Source of the DNA: the human T2T-CHM13v2.0 reference genome, Homo sapiens
Assembly (NCBI RefSeq): GCF_009914755.1
Contig: NC_060929.1
Length of the DNA: 64,000 nt
Strand: one strand, 5' to 3'
Shown: one piece after another, positions 40,502 to 54,800 of the stretch
Layout of the letters: each line of letters begins with the position of its first letter
Position numbering within the stretch: the stretch's first letter is position 1
The notes under the pieces: generated by a model
The model's input: the letters and a program-made list of their open reading frames with translations, nothing else
Database searches by the model: none
Told to the model about the DNA's origin: nothing
Position numbers and translations under genes: made by a program

Positions 40502-42174
40502 ATTTTTTGCAAGAGCCAAAAACATGCCTGATTCTGGCATGCAACCTTATAGAGAAAATTCCTTTGTAATAGGAGGATCCTTGTAGAAATTTCTCTGCTC
40601 TCCTTTTGACATTTCCAAGAAATTTAAGACAGGTACTTTCTCCATAATGGAATTTCTCAACTGAGTTTTCCTTCTGTTTAACTACCACTTGACTACATAC
40701 TCTTTCATGAACTGTCATCTCGGCAAACTATGCAGTTTTCAGGCAACATTATGCCTCCTATCTTGCAGAAGGAGCTCTTCCCTGCTGGCAAGCAATACTT
40801 GCTTGCATTTGATTCCACTCTCTCCCATAATAAATTATTTTCTATTTTGGTAGTTACCCCATTGTTTCTAGTTACAATATGAGAAAAACCTAACACACAA
40901 AATATGCTAGCTACCTCATAAAAAAGACTGTAAGATGTATATAAATGTTGAATAACTTTTAGAAATTCCAGTCTCGTGAACACTATGTTTTATGCCCATG
41001 GTTAAGAAAGAAAAATATTTGAGAATATTTAACACTTCACAAATCAATCAATGCATCTGTCTAAAACACATTTTATATCATTTTTAAGTTTGTTTTATTT
41101 ATTTTATGTTGTCTGTATTTCTGATTTTACACAAAAGAATTATCTTGAGATTGAGGTATATGGACTTGAGTTGGAGCAATGGCCTATTCAATTCTAAAAC
41201 CTTATATAGGCTAAAGACACGATTTTACTCTCACACTGGTTCTGTTAACTTCATTGCTCAAATAACATATCTTATACAGGTTTAAACCGTCATGACTAAT
41301 CCATGATTTCCTATTTAAATGATTATCTCATATGCCCTATTATGTCATGATTTAAAGTGTAGTAACATTGAATGTGCAAGACAAATCCCTACTACTCTGA
41401 GCAACTCAGTACTTGATTGTAGAAAGTCCAGCATTTAATATCGCTCTTTCTTAACATTTCCAGTAATTCCCCAGAGGTTCTTCTATCTGTGCAGAAAGAG
41501 GCTCGCTTGTTCTGTGACAGCATCAGGACTCACAAATTTTCTACATGTTATAAAATGTTTTGTGTTCCTGTGATTGTAATATAATTTATCTGACTAATTA
41601 CCTACTGTAGAATATTTGGGGTTATTTTTCCACTGTTGATATTATAAATTGAGCCAAATGACCATTAGACCGAATATCAATGATCCAGGATAGAGGTCTT
41701 GAGAGAGTTTATTTTATAAATTTGTTCCTTTCCACGTGTGAAGTGGCAGTATCTCAGTCTTCATCTGTTTAAACATCCCCATGAACCAAGTAGTCATGCC
41801 TTGTTTATTATATTCTACCTCTTTCTCTTGTTTTCTTTTTTTTTTTTTGCCTTGCCATCTCCTATGCTTTGACATGACTGATGACCCACTTATGTGACCT
41901 CTGTGGTGATACTGTCAATCTTGAAACTCTATATTCTCTTTGCTGTTACCTTTTGGAATTCATCAAGTTGACTGCTGATGTTACATTCACCCCCTCCCGA
42001 ATTCCATATGGATATTTCACATGGTTTTATATGCATCTCCATTTTGATGTATAAAAGGCATCTCATTGTTAATTTAAAAATCCTAATTTCTCTGTCCCAC
42101 AACCTTCTCCTACAGCATTTCCCGAAGTGGTGAATAACAACTCTATGTTTGCATTTGCTCAGGTCACAATTTGA

Positions 42175-42540
<366 letters not shown>

Positions 42541-42808
42541 AAGATCAATTTTTAATATGTTACACCAAATCTAGGACCAGGATAGAAGCTATGAAAACAA
42601 TGAGAAATAGAAAAATTCGGTAAGATCAATTTTAATATTTTATGCTGAATTTTTATATTTCTTATTTTTGTCATAGCTTCTCTCCTGGTCCTGGCTACTC
42701 ATCGTTCTTCATCTGGATTATTGCAATGTCTACCTAACTTATCCCTTACCCTGGTACTTGCTTGTTCTATACTCTATTCTAAACATGTAAGTCAGAGTTT
42801 TCTTATAG

Positions 42809-43157
<349 letters not shown>

Positions 43158-43384
43158 TGACCCTTCTTGAAACTTGTCATTTCTCAAATCAGGAGGAGTA
43201 AAGTTTAAAGGCCCAACAAAGGCTTATTTGACCTCACATGATGAGCGCTTTTACTTCTTACCTCCCCCCAAACTCTGTCTCTCTCCGAACGGCATTACCA
43301 TTACCTTTCTTGTTGTTATTTCCACATGCCAAGAAATGCCCTACTTGGAGCCTTGGCATTTACTGTTGAATCTGACAAGAATAT

Positions 43385-45642
43385 TAATATGGTTTGGCTG
43401 TGTCCCAACCAAATCTCATCTTGAATTGTAGCTCCCATAATACCCACATGTCATGGGAGGGACTCAGTGGGAGGTAATTGAATCATGGGGATGAGTTTTT
43501 TTTCCATGCTATTCTTGGGATAGTGAATAGTCTCATGAGATCTGATGGTTTTTATAAGGGTCACTTCCACTGCTCATGCTCTTGCCTGCCACCATCTAAG
43601 ACGTGCCTTTGCCCCTCCTTCACCTTCTGCCATGATTGTAAGGCCTCCAGAGCCATGTGGAACTGTGAGTTCACTACACCTCTTTTTCTTTATAAATTAC
43701 CTAGTCTCAGGTGTGTCTCTATAGCAGCTTGAGACTGAACTAATAGAGTAAATTGGTACCCGTAGAGTGGGGTGCTGCTGTAAGGATGCCCAAAAACATG
43801 GAAGCAACTTTGGAACTGGGTAACAAGCAGAGGCTGGAACAGTTTGGGGGGCTCAGAAGAAGACAGGAAAATGTGGGGAAGTTTGAAACTTCCTAGAGGC
43901 TTGTTGAGTGGCTTTGACCAAAATGCTAATAGTGATATGAACAATAAAATCCAGGGTGAGGTGGTCTCAGAATGAGATGAGAAACTTTTTGGGAACTGGA
44001 GTAAAGGTCACTCTTGCTATGCAAAGAGACTGGTGGCATTTTGCCCCTGCCCTAGAGATGTGTGGAACTTTGAACTTGAGAGTGATGATTTAGGGTATCT
44101 GCAGAAGAAATTTCTAAGTGACAAAGTGTTCAAGAGGAAGCAGAGCATAAATTTGCAACCTGACAATGCAGTAGAAAAATAAAACCCATTTTCTGGGGAG
44201 AAATTCAAGCTGCCTGCAGAAATTTGCATAAGTAATGAGGAACCAAATGTTAATCACCAAGACAATGGGGAAAATGTCTCCAGAGCATGTCAGAGGACTT
44301 CATGGCCACCCCTGCTATCACAGGTCTGAAGGCCTAGGAGGTAAAAATGGTTTCATTCGCTGGGTCAAGGGCCTCCTTGCTGTGTGAGGCCTTGGGACTT
44401 GATGCCCTGCATCCCAGCTGCTCTAGCCATGGCTAAAAGGGGCCAAGTTACAGCTGGGGCCATGACTTCAGAGGGTGCAAGCTCCAAGCCTTGGCAGCTT
44501 CCCTGTGGTGTTGGGCATGCAGGTGCACAGAAGTCAAGAATTGACGTTTGGGAACCTCCACTAAGATTTCAGAGGATGTATGGAAGTGCCATTGGATGTC
44601 CAAGCAGAGGTGTGCTGCAGGCACTGGTGAAGAGCCTCATGGAGAACCTCTGCTAGCACAATGTGGAAGGGAAATGTGGGGTGGGAGCCCCCACATAGAG
44701 TCCTCACTGAAGTACTGCCTAGTGGAGCTGTGAGAAGAGGGCCACTGTCCTCCAGACACCAGAATGGTAGATCCACTGATAACTTGCACTGTGAACCTGG
44801 AAGAGCTGCAGACACTCAATGACAGCCCTTGAAAGCAGCCAGGAGGAGGTCTGTACCCTGCAAAGCCACAGGGGCAAAACTGCACAAGACTGTGGGAACC
44901 CACCTCTTGCATCAGCGTGACCTGGATGTGAGACATGGAATCAAAGGAGATCATTTTGGAGCTTTTAGATTTGACTGCACTGCTGGATTTCAGATGTGCA
45001 TGGGTCCTGTAGCTCCTCTGTTTTTGCCAGTTTCTCCCATTTGGAATGGGAGCATTTATCCAATGCCTGTATCTGCATTGTATCTAGGAAGTAACTAACT
45101 TGCTTTTGATTTTACAGGCTCATAGGCAGAAGGGACTTGCCTTGTCTCAGATGAGACTTTGGACTGTGGACTTTTGAGTTAAAGCTGAAATGAGTGAAGA
45201 CTTTGCAGGACTGTTGGGAAAGCATGTTTAATTTTGAAATGTGAGGACATGAGATTTGGGAGGGGCCAGGGGCAGAAAAATATGGTTTGGCTCTGTTCCC
45301 ACCCAAATCTCATCTAGAATTGTAGCTCCCATAATCCCCACACATTGTGGAAGGGACCCGGTAGGAAGTAATTGAATCATAGGGATGGGTTTTTCCCATG
45401 CTGTTCTTGTGATAGTGAATAAGTCTCACAAGATCTGATGGTTCTATAAAGGGCAGTTCCCCTGCACATGCTGTCTTTCCTGCTGCCATATAAGACACGC
45501 CTTTACTCCTTCTTTGCCTTCTGCCACGATTGTGAGGCCTCCCCATCCATGTGGAACTGTGAGTCCATTAAACCTCTTTTTTCTTTATGAATTACCCAGT
45601 CTCGGGTATTTCTTCATAGCAGTATGAAAATAGAGTAATACA
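43385..45642 (+). mobile_element. Full-length THE1C-like MaLR provirus (LTRs 43385-43747 and 45278-45642)
   Basis: Two THE1 LTRs around an internal region starting 'gtaaattggtacc'; TSD aatat/gatat. Confidence 0.95.
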
Positions 45643-46119
45643 GATATTAACCTAGGAAATTGCACGCACAATGGAGGAGTAAAATAAACACTAAATAAAT
45701 TATGAAGAACAATGTGGACATGACATATTCTTACATAGGGATGAGGCCTTAGAGAATAGCAGAAATGGATAAAAATACTATTCTTTGATGTATTTGTTCA
45801 TAGAATTAAGATAAACATGTCTCTTTTCTCCTTAGTTAAGACGTGCATGTGAGCACCTGAAGGTTGAAATAGTTTCTCTGTAAAATCACTAAGCTAGTTC
45901 ATAAACCACGACACAATTGTAGTATATCAGATAGAATTGTTATCACAGGAGTGTGTATAGAGGTCCTATATAGGAATAAATGTAATAAAAATTATTCTAC
46001 GTCCTTTGCAACCAGATATGGAACTGTGTTAGATAAGTCTTATACTTTGGCTTATTAAAACCAAAGAAAATAAATAAGATAGATAGATCAATCAAATAAA
46101 TTTTTAAAAATTCTAAAAG

Positions 46120-46990
46120 AAACAACAGCAGACCAGCACAGAGAATGAAAATAGATCCACATCAAGGCATACAGTTTTGTGAAATTTTATGTTCTGGTAA
46201 AATCATTCTGCAAGTTCCAAGGAAAAAGAGTAGATCGTCCGCATATGAAATGTTAGAAATAGTAATGGCTGTAAAGCCAATGGCTTCCAACACTTGAAGC
46301 TAAGGCAATGGAAAAAATATTTTGAAAACTTTTGACAGCTATGGATGCCTAATTAAAATGTTTCACTTAGCTTAACTATTAATTAAGAATAAGGACAGAA
46401 TGAAGATACTTTCAGACATGCAAAATTTCAAAATCAATTATTTCTCGTTACCTTTCACCAGGAAGTAATTTGATGTGTTTCAACCGAAACAAGGGATTAA
46501 ACGTAGACAGAACAAAAAATTCTTTATAAAACAGGGATCCAATAAAGGAGAGAAAAAAATTCAAGGGAATACACAAGATACTGGTGAAGGGAGAATGACG
46601 ACAAATGTGTCTCAGATTTAGAGAACATGCAGTTCCATCTAGAGAAAGTAGAGGCCTCTGGGAGTGCTTCAAGAATTTTCAAGTTTTTCAGAAAAATAAA
46701 ACTGACAAATTTTTGATGCACAGGAATAAATAGAGAGGACATTTAGATAACTGGAAGGAAGTTTGGAGTTGAGTTAGTGACATATTCATGGAAAAGCAAG
46801 TGAAAGCTTAAAAATGATCACTAATTCCAGGGAAGAAATTACGTGGGAAATGAAAATCAATAAAATAATATATGTACACAAGACAGAAAAGTATTTACAG
46901 AATCAGAATAATATTAACAGGCACTGCTGATAGAACCAAAATTAAGATAAAAGCTTACAGGGAATTGATATAGAGAGTGGGAAAGATTGG
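46120..46990 (+). mobile_element. HAL1 (half-L1) fragment
   Basis: 'ttttcagacatgcaa'-like block, 'acagggatccaataaaggagaga', 'tggtgaagggaga' follow the HAL1 consensus order. Confidence 0.65.
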
Positions 46991-47054
46991 GAGTAGTAGT
47001 TAAATGTTTTGTGATATGCCTTGTAGAACTTTTAACTCAAACTATTTTATGTAG

Positions 47055-47175
47055 CTAAGGTGTACATTCTTCCTGTTTGCCCAGGACTGTCCTTGTTCAT
47101 GTCTGTTGTCTCAGTGTAATCATGAATAGCACACCATTCATTCTCAAAGGAGTCTATAATTAATTAGTCTGGTTG
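47055..47175 (-). mobile_element. MER94-like hAT-Blackjack MITE
   Basis: 'tttgcccaggactgtcc...ctgttgtctcagtgtaatcatgaatagcacaccattcattctcaaa'. Confidence 0.7.
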
Positions 47176-47194
47176 ATTAATTATAGTGTCAACA

Positions 47195-47580
47195 TGGCTG
47201 AGAGTAAAAGGGTTTACTTTTTGCTCATGTTAAATGCAGGGGTCAGTGGTGGTTGCTCGGCTGCTCTTTGTTTTTTCCTTATTCCAGGATCTGGGCTAAA
47301 GGAGCAGCTCCCAATGGAATAGGTTGTTCCTATGCAGAGCAGAAAGATCAAGAAGGCAGCAAAAGGATATAATGGCTCTTAAAGCTGCTATTGGAAAAGG
47401 GCACACTGTCACTTCTGCTCGCATTTCATTGGCTGTGGCAAGTCACTCATCCAAACCTTTTGTCAGTGGTGTGGGGTGACAAGGAAGGCACTGCTTGTCA
47501 CATGGCAATATATGGAGGTGTATAGTCCTACAAAGAAGAGGGTGTCACTAATGGGGAACCAACATGCAATCTGTCATGGT
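47195..47580 (-). mobile_element. MLT1I/J-like LTR
   Basis: 'atggctcttaaagct...tgtcacttctgctcgcatttcattggc...aagtcac'. Confidence 0.7.
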
Positions 47581-47669
47581 AGACATCTGGAAAAAATACA
47601 AAATCAGTAATAATATATGAACAACAGCTAAATAACTGCCAGGAGAATCTGGCTGTGAAGTAGTAACAT

Positions 47670-47810
47670 AATATTTGCATTGTGTTTTTTACTTTACACT
47701 GGGTTTTTACAGACATAATCACATTTGATTCTCACATCATCTTTAATATCCATTTTACAGGTGATAAAGTTGACATTAAAGATTACATAACTTGACCAAA
47801 TGATAAAAAT
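47670..47810 (-). mobile_element. MIR
   Basis: 'atccattttacaggtgataaagttga...taacttgaccaa'. Confidence 0.55.
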
Positions 47811-47859
47811 AAATAATCACTTTAACAGATTCTTATCCTCCAGCTGAATTTCTATCCTC

Positions 47860-48180
47860 ATTCATTCACTTGAGCATTCATTTATTCATTCCTTTATTTA
47901 ACTAACAGTATTTTAATATTTACTTGTGCTAGTGAGAGAACTTTTTGTGCTTTTTTAGAGCTCAAAATCATGTGGTGGTGGAGGCAGAAATGCACTCAAA
48001 TAATTGCTAAAGAGTGAGATAAGTGCTACCAAAGGTAATGCAAAAGGCTAAAATAACACTTATGATGTGCCTGCGGGTGTTTGACATTTAGATTCAGCAG
48101 AGAGTTAGAGAAGAGTTTGAATCTGCCAGGTTGCTTTAGAGGGAAAGAGGAAGAGGTGAGGATGGAGAGGGAAGGGGAAT
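47860..48180 (-). mobile_element. L2 3' end
   Basis: 'cattcattcac...atttattcattc' tail and 'gataagtgcta'. Confidence 0.55.
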
Positions 48181-49471
48181 AGTGAGGGAAATCATCACTT
48201 TATCATAATCTTCTGAAAATATACACAGGTTGGCAATTTGATTACTTGCTTTTAGGAACTGAAACTCTTTTTAGAGGTCACCTGTACAAATGTAAGCTGG
48301 GTAGTTTAACACATTAAGCTATTTGGTCACACATGTTCAAGTTATTTTACCCCATTAGCTGGTTGTTTACAAAGCAGAATCCTGGATAAATATGACATAG
48401 ATTAGCTCATTCTGGAAGATGGAAAGGCTTCAAAGATGACCCAGGTGCAACATCTTTCCTGAGAAAGAAGCATGAGCTCTTGGACTTGGAGGTCAAAGCT
48501 AAGGAAAATGAAGATGCATAATGGAAGAAGGAGTAAAACCTAAATATATGTCTTTGCAGTTGTCTCTGAGAGGAACCATACTAACTTGAGATTGTGCAAC
48601 AGTGAATCATACATCTCATTGTTGGCTGTGCTTTATTCCTTACTTTCAAGTGCTAGGTATAAAAGTCTTTGCTTAAGGAATCTTTAAGTAGAGGAACCAG
48701 GGAAAGTAGGCACGATAGCTAAAATGCACAGTGAAAGAGAACACTGAAGACTCTGAATGACTTAAGGAAGAAATAAAAAAAAAATGCAAAGTAGGAGTAG
48801 AAGCCGCAAAAGTGGGAAGGGCCAGGAACTCTGGTGACAGTAAAGGCATCAGAAAGACAGGCAGGCTCAATCACATTAGAGCTTCCAATGTGTAAAGATA
48901 AAGTTTTCATTAAAGTCACAGAAGCTTTTGATAGTGCAGAAGCCCAGAATAACCAAGTGCCACATCTGCTGCATAAGATCAATGCCATTTTTAAAGCAAC
49001 AGGATAAACTGGACTGAGTTGAATCTCCTGCTGTGATTTTAACACTCCCTCTACTCAGTTCTTCCTAAGCAAAGCTTCAACGATTTTACAGGAGCTTTTA
49101 GTATGATAGTGTCTATAAAAGGCTATCTGGTTTGGGCTGCAATATAAACAAGCAAAATCATTTAGTTATTGCCTCATCTCAGATTTATGCTCGTTGATAT
49201 ACCAGGGATTTCCTCACTTTTTTTTTTCTGGAAATATTAAACTGTGAGATATTTGAATTTTGTTAACAAGTTAACAATATAAATATTATTCAAACTAAAT
49301 GGCATTTGTTATCAGATAAAACTCTGTTCTTCCTAAACATGAACACACAATAAGCATGTTTGAATATTAATATGTAGTGATGTATAAATATATATGTGAT
49401 ATATAAATATGTAAAAAACATATAACAATAAGCAAATATGTTATTTCTGAGATTGAGAGATACATTAATAA

Positions 49472-49814
<343 letters not shown>

Positions 49815-49837
49815 TAGTTTTAAAGCTTCAATCTTTT

Positions 49838-50234
<397 letters not shown>

Positions 50235-50879
50235 TAAATTATCCCTTTAAAATGTTTTATTTTTAAATTTCCAGCTTTCTTAATGAATTGGGGTTTTGAA
50301 ATAATATGAGGAAAATCTAGAAGCTATTAACACTAATGAATGATACACTGATAAGAAGAGGGCAGAAGTTATTCTATGAAGATATTGAGAAAGTATGAGT
50401 TGCAGCATTAAATATCTACTTAGGGGAACAAAACTTGAAATTCTAAAATCAATCTCTATCACATTTGTTTATGATTTTGGTAGTGTTGCCCAAATCTATA
50501 TAAAGGCTAATACCAGACTGCTTTTAAATTATTTACATGCACTTGGGGAATATCTTCTAAAGCTTTATTTCCTTTAATTTACAGTATTCGTTCTTTCATT
50601 TTAAAAGTCTGTGTTAAACGTGTTGTTTTGCTTATAGGCCAAAAATGCTGTATGAGGTAAGAGTACTATGAAAATATTATGTTTCAAAATAGCATAGTTG
50701 TATTTTTAAAAATGAATCTTTCACTATCATACTGAAATTCAAATATGCAATAATAGCTATTGATAAGAGTAAAAAAATTGCAATTTTTTATTACTATGTG
50801 TTTGAATAATAGAATATCTGGTTAGACAAAGTGAGTAAATAGCTATTTTGAAAGTTCAAAGATCCTGACCCTTGGTCAT

Positions 50880-51018
50880 TCTCTCTCCCTATCTTTCCCT
50901 CTCCCTCTTTCTTTTTCTCTCCCTGGCTCCCTCCTTTCTACCCTCCCTCCATTCCTTCCTTTCTTCCTTCCTTCCTTCTTGCCTGCCTTCCTTCATTCTT
51001 TCCTTCTTGCTCTCTTTT
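50880..51018. repeat. CT-rich polypyrimidine tract
   Basis: Seen directly. Confidence 0.85.
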
Positions 51019-51221
51019 AACCTTGGATTTTAATATACATAAAATCATTGTTATATATTATTAAGCATAATTACATGTTATAAATATATATTCATATAAT
51101 TATATAATTTAAGTGTATATATTGTATATTTCTGTGTATACCTTTATGTACAAATTTAGTAATCCAGTCTGCAGGGGTTACCTGCTTTATAGCTTTAAAG
51201 TCAACATTCTTACATGTTTTA

Positions 51222-51590
<369 letters not shown>

Positions 51591-51695
51591 TCACACACAA
51601 AAAAATGAAAATAAAAAATTAAATTAACATCCTTGTTACTACCTTTGTCACCACATACCAATTCTTACTCTGTGTTTGAGCTTTGGATTAACAGG

Positions 51696-51743
51696 TTTGA
51701 AAACTCTTATCTTTGAAAACTCTTATCTTTGAAAACTCATATC
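51696..51743. repeat. 16-bp tandem repeat x3 (tttgaaaactcttatc)
   Basis: Two identical units and one with a single mismatch. Confidence 0.9.
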
Positions 51744-53859
51744 TCACCTGATATGAAAGGTACAGAATCTTTATTTTGAAGACAATTCCAAGTTTACCTT
51801 ATGGAATCCTAAAATGTTTGATCATAATAATTCCATATTTGAACACAATTCAAACAATAAGAAAGACATACCTAGCAGTGCAGTTTTTATGTCTTTCTCA
51901 GAGTAAAAGATACTGTAAGATGTAAACCTCACATTTTGTTATTGGTCTTAGGAGAATTTACTTCATTTATTAACATATTCAAGTTGGTCCCTTTCTATAG
52001 TTGCTTCTTATTTTTCAAGCTTATTAAGGAATATTTTGACATTCTTGAATAACATCAGAGCAATTTATGTCATTTGCATTAAATTTGTGAAAGTAATTAT
52101 CTTGTACTCAAAAACAAAACGATACAAAAAGCACAAGAAACCCAAAAGACAAAAAAATTAAAATAAGAAAATATCAGAGAACCTGATGAACAAATATTTA
52201 TATTGATTAATAAATGCTTTACTTTGTAATTCTGCACCTAATGTTGTATATTACAACAGGAACCTGTTTGAGATTTTAGTCTGATTACATATGCATTGAA
52301 TTTTTCTTCCCTGTATTAATGTTTTGTATTTCGAATATTGTTGTGTACTCTAAACACATTGATTTTCACAATTCTGTAAATTAACTTAATAAAAAACCAA
52401 TCAAAGCATAATTGTGTGATGATTACAGAATTATGTAGTAATTCATCAAGTCAGCTAATTATTATAGATTTGTTTCATGGTTTCCATGTATTTTATTCGA
52501 TAATTAGTATTAGGTCTAAATAATAATTCTGACATAAGTAGAAAGCAAACCTAAACTTTCTACATCTTTTTATGAACTAAACCCAAAAAAAATCATGCCA
52601 AAATAGTGTTTCATTCTTTGTACATTATTAATTAGCAACTAAAGTGTCTTGATCAAACTTTATTGTAAATTTTAGTTTTATTTAATAAATAATTATGGGA
52701 ATAACATTTGAATTTTATAAAAGGAGGATCTGACAACACATAATTTTAACTTTAATAAATGAGCCTAACAAACAGAAAAAGGATATATATTGTCTTTGAT
52801 TTAACATCAATTATAATAATTACTTCATAACATAACCACTGGCTGGAGCTCAATGTCTACTGTATTCTTCATTAAACAAGATTTCATTGTAATATTTTAT
52901 ATTACAATGTTATTGTTTTCTTCAAAACAATTTGGTGACTCCAAATAGATCTAAGGCATATCATGTAGTCTTTTTAGTCATAGTCTCTGGAATTAGCTTG
53001 TTTAAATTTCATAACAGGATATGGCTGGTGTGTAAAAATGACATATTTTAATAGGTATAATCAAAAATCTATATCTTTTTATAAGCCAATAAATTTAAGC
53101 ATTTAATTAAATTAATGCAAGCCATTCATGTGTGTATTTTTCTTGAATATTTAACATATAAAATATTTGCATAATGTAAAATTTATCAGTTTTAGTGATT
53201 GCTTAATATAATTCCTGAAATAAATATTAATCAAATAATTCAACAAAAATATTTCAATATTTCAGCCACATTATATGACTTTATATCATATTAATTTTAT
53301 TTTGAAAATTTATTTCTTTTTCATAAGTGCCTTGGATTTTTAAAAATTCTCCACATTAAAATGCAGAATTTAGAGAATTATGTAAATAAGTGACGACTTT
53401 AATCAAGATACCTCTTAGACTCGATTCCAGAAAGACAAAATAATTTTTATTTTTTACATAAATTACACAGGCAATTTTCTCAATTGTCCATTTTATCTTG
53501 ATATTCAAGTGGTGTTTAAATTATCTGCTTAACATTGGTGGGTTTATTTGTAAATATAACAACATGAAAAAAGTATAAATATGAATTCGAAAAATGAATA
53601 TTTTCATATTTTATTTTATTTGAACTGTGCACAAAAATATGCAGTAACATTTCATGATCTGGCAACTGCAACAACAAAACACTACTGGCATCTATGTGAG
53701 ATGGAAGTCTAGAATAGTTGGAAACATTCCATCACTTTATAGAGTTGTTGCCCTGTGACCATGTTGCTCCCCCGAAGGCCACTTACATTACTGAATGTGG
53801 AGAATAAGGAGGAGAGAGAGAGAGGGAATGAAGGGGTAGACAAGGAAAAATGTAAGGCA

Positions 53860-54080
53860 ATAAAGTGAGAAGCACTTGGAAGTCAGGAAGCCTGGGTTTT
53901 GATTGTAGCTTTACCTAACGTCATGTGTGACCTTTACCAAGTTACTCAGCCTCTTTGAGTGTTTTCTCACCTGCAAAATGCAGAAACTAATAAAGTCTTC
54001 ACAGGATTATTATGTGGCTTGAACAAAATAATTTTCATAAACAGCCTACTATAATGCCAGGCATGTTTTATTAAATGGTT
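53860..54080 (+). mobile_element. MIR
   Basis: 'ggaagtcaggaagcctgggtttt...tgtgtgacctttaccaagttactcagcctctttgag...ctgcaaaatg'. Confidence 0.8.
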
Positions 54081-54466
54081 GCTTCTTTTTCTTTCTTATT
54101 TTCTCTTTGTTCTTCTTTATTTTCTTTGTTTTTTTCTACCTCGCCCCTCCTCTTTTTCATTTTCCTTTTCTTTCCTCCTCCTCCTCTACCTTTCTGCTCC
54201 TGTCATCATCATTACTGCAAGGATGGGAAAAGAAAAGACAATAGCAGCTGCTGAGGTTTGGAGTCTGGTGAAGAGTGAGATGTTAGAGAGCCACCTGGTT
54301 TGTGCTAGTATGATTTATTATTCTGAAATCTGGGGGGCAGGGAAGATTAAAATTGGTAAATTCTGTTGCTTAAATCTGTGCTTAATAATTTTATCTAAGT
54401 CAAAACAAATAGGATGATGGTTAAAAAAATCAGTATTTCCTAAATGTTTAAAAATTAGCAAGTTAC

Positions 54467-54800
54467 ACATCTCTATATCCTTCAATTCTGCATAAGAACA
54501 CAAAACCAAACGCCGCATGTTCTCACTCATAAGTTGGAGTTGAACAATGAGAACACATGGACATAGGGAGGGGAACATCACACACAGGGGCCTATCGGGG
54601 GGTGGGGGGCTAGGGGAGGGATAGCATTAGGAGAAATACCTAATGTAGGTGACGGGTTGATGGGCGCAGCAAACCACCATGGCACATGTATACCCACGTA
54701 GCAAAACTATAGGTTCTGCACATGTACTCTAGAAGTATATATATAAAACTACATATTGCATATTTTATATATATACTCTAAAGTATATATATATATATAT
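54467..54800 (+). mobile_element. 5'-truncated L1PA6/7-like insertion with short inverted 5' segment
   Basis: Perfect 15-bp TSD aaattagcaagttac at 54452-54466 and 54801-54815; L1 3' end at ~54494-54735. Confidence 0.93.

Noticed and set aside
48400-49010. Purine-rich stretches with protein-like short frames
   Set aside because: No recognisable parent gene, poly(A) tail or TSD, so a processed pseudogene is not supported.
54586-54620. G-quadruplex-like G runs
   Set aside because: Standard feature of the L1PA 3' UTR, not locus-specific.
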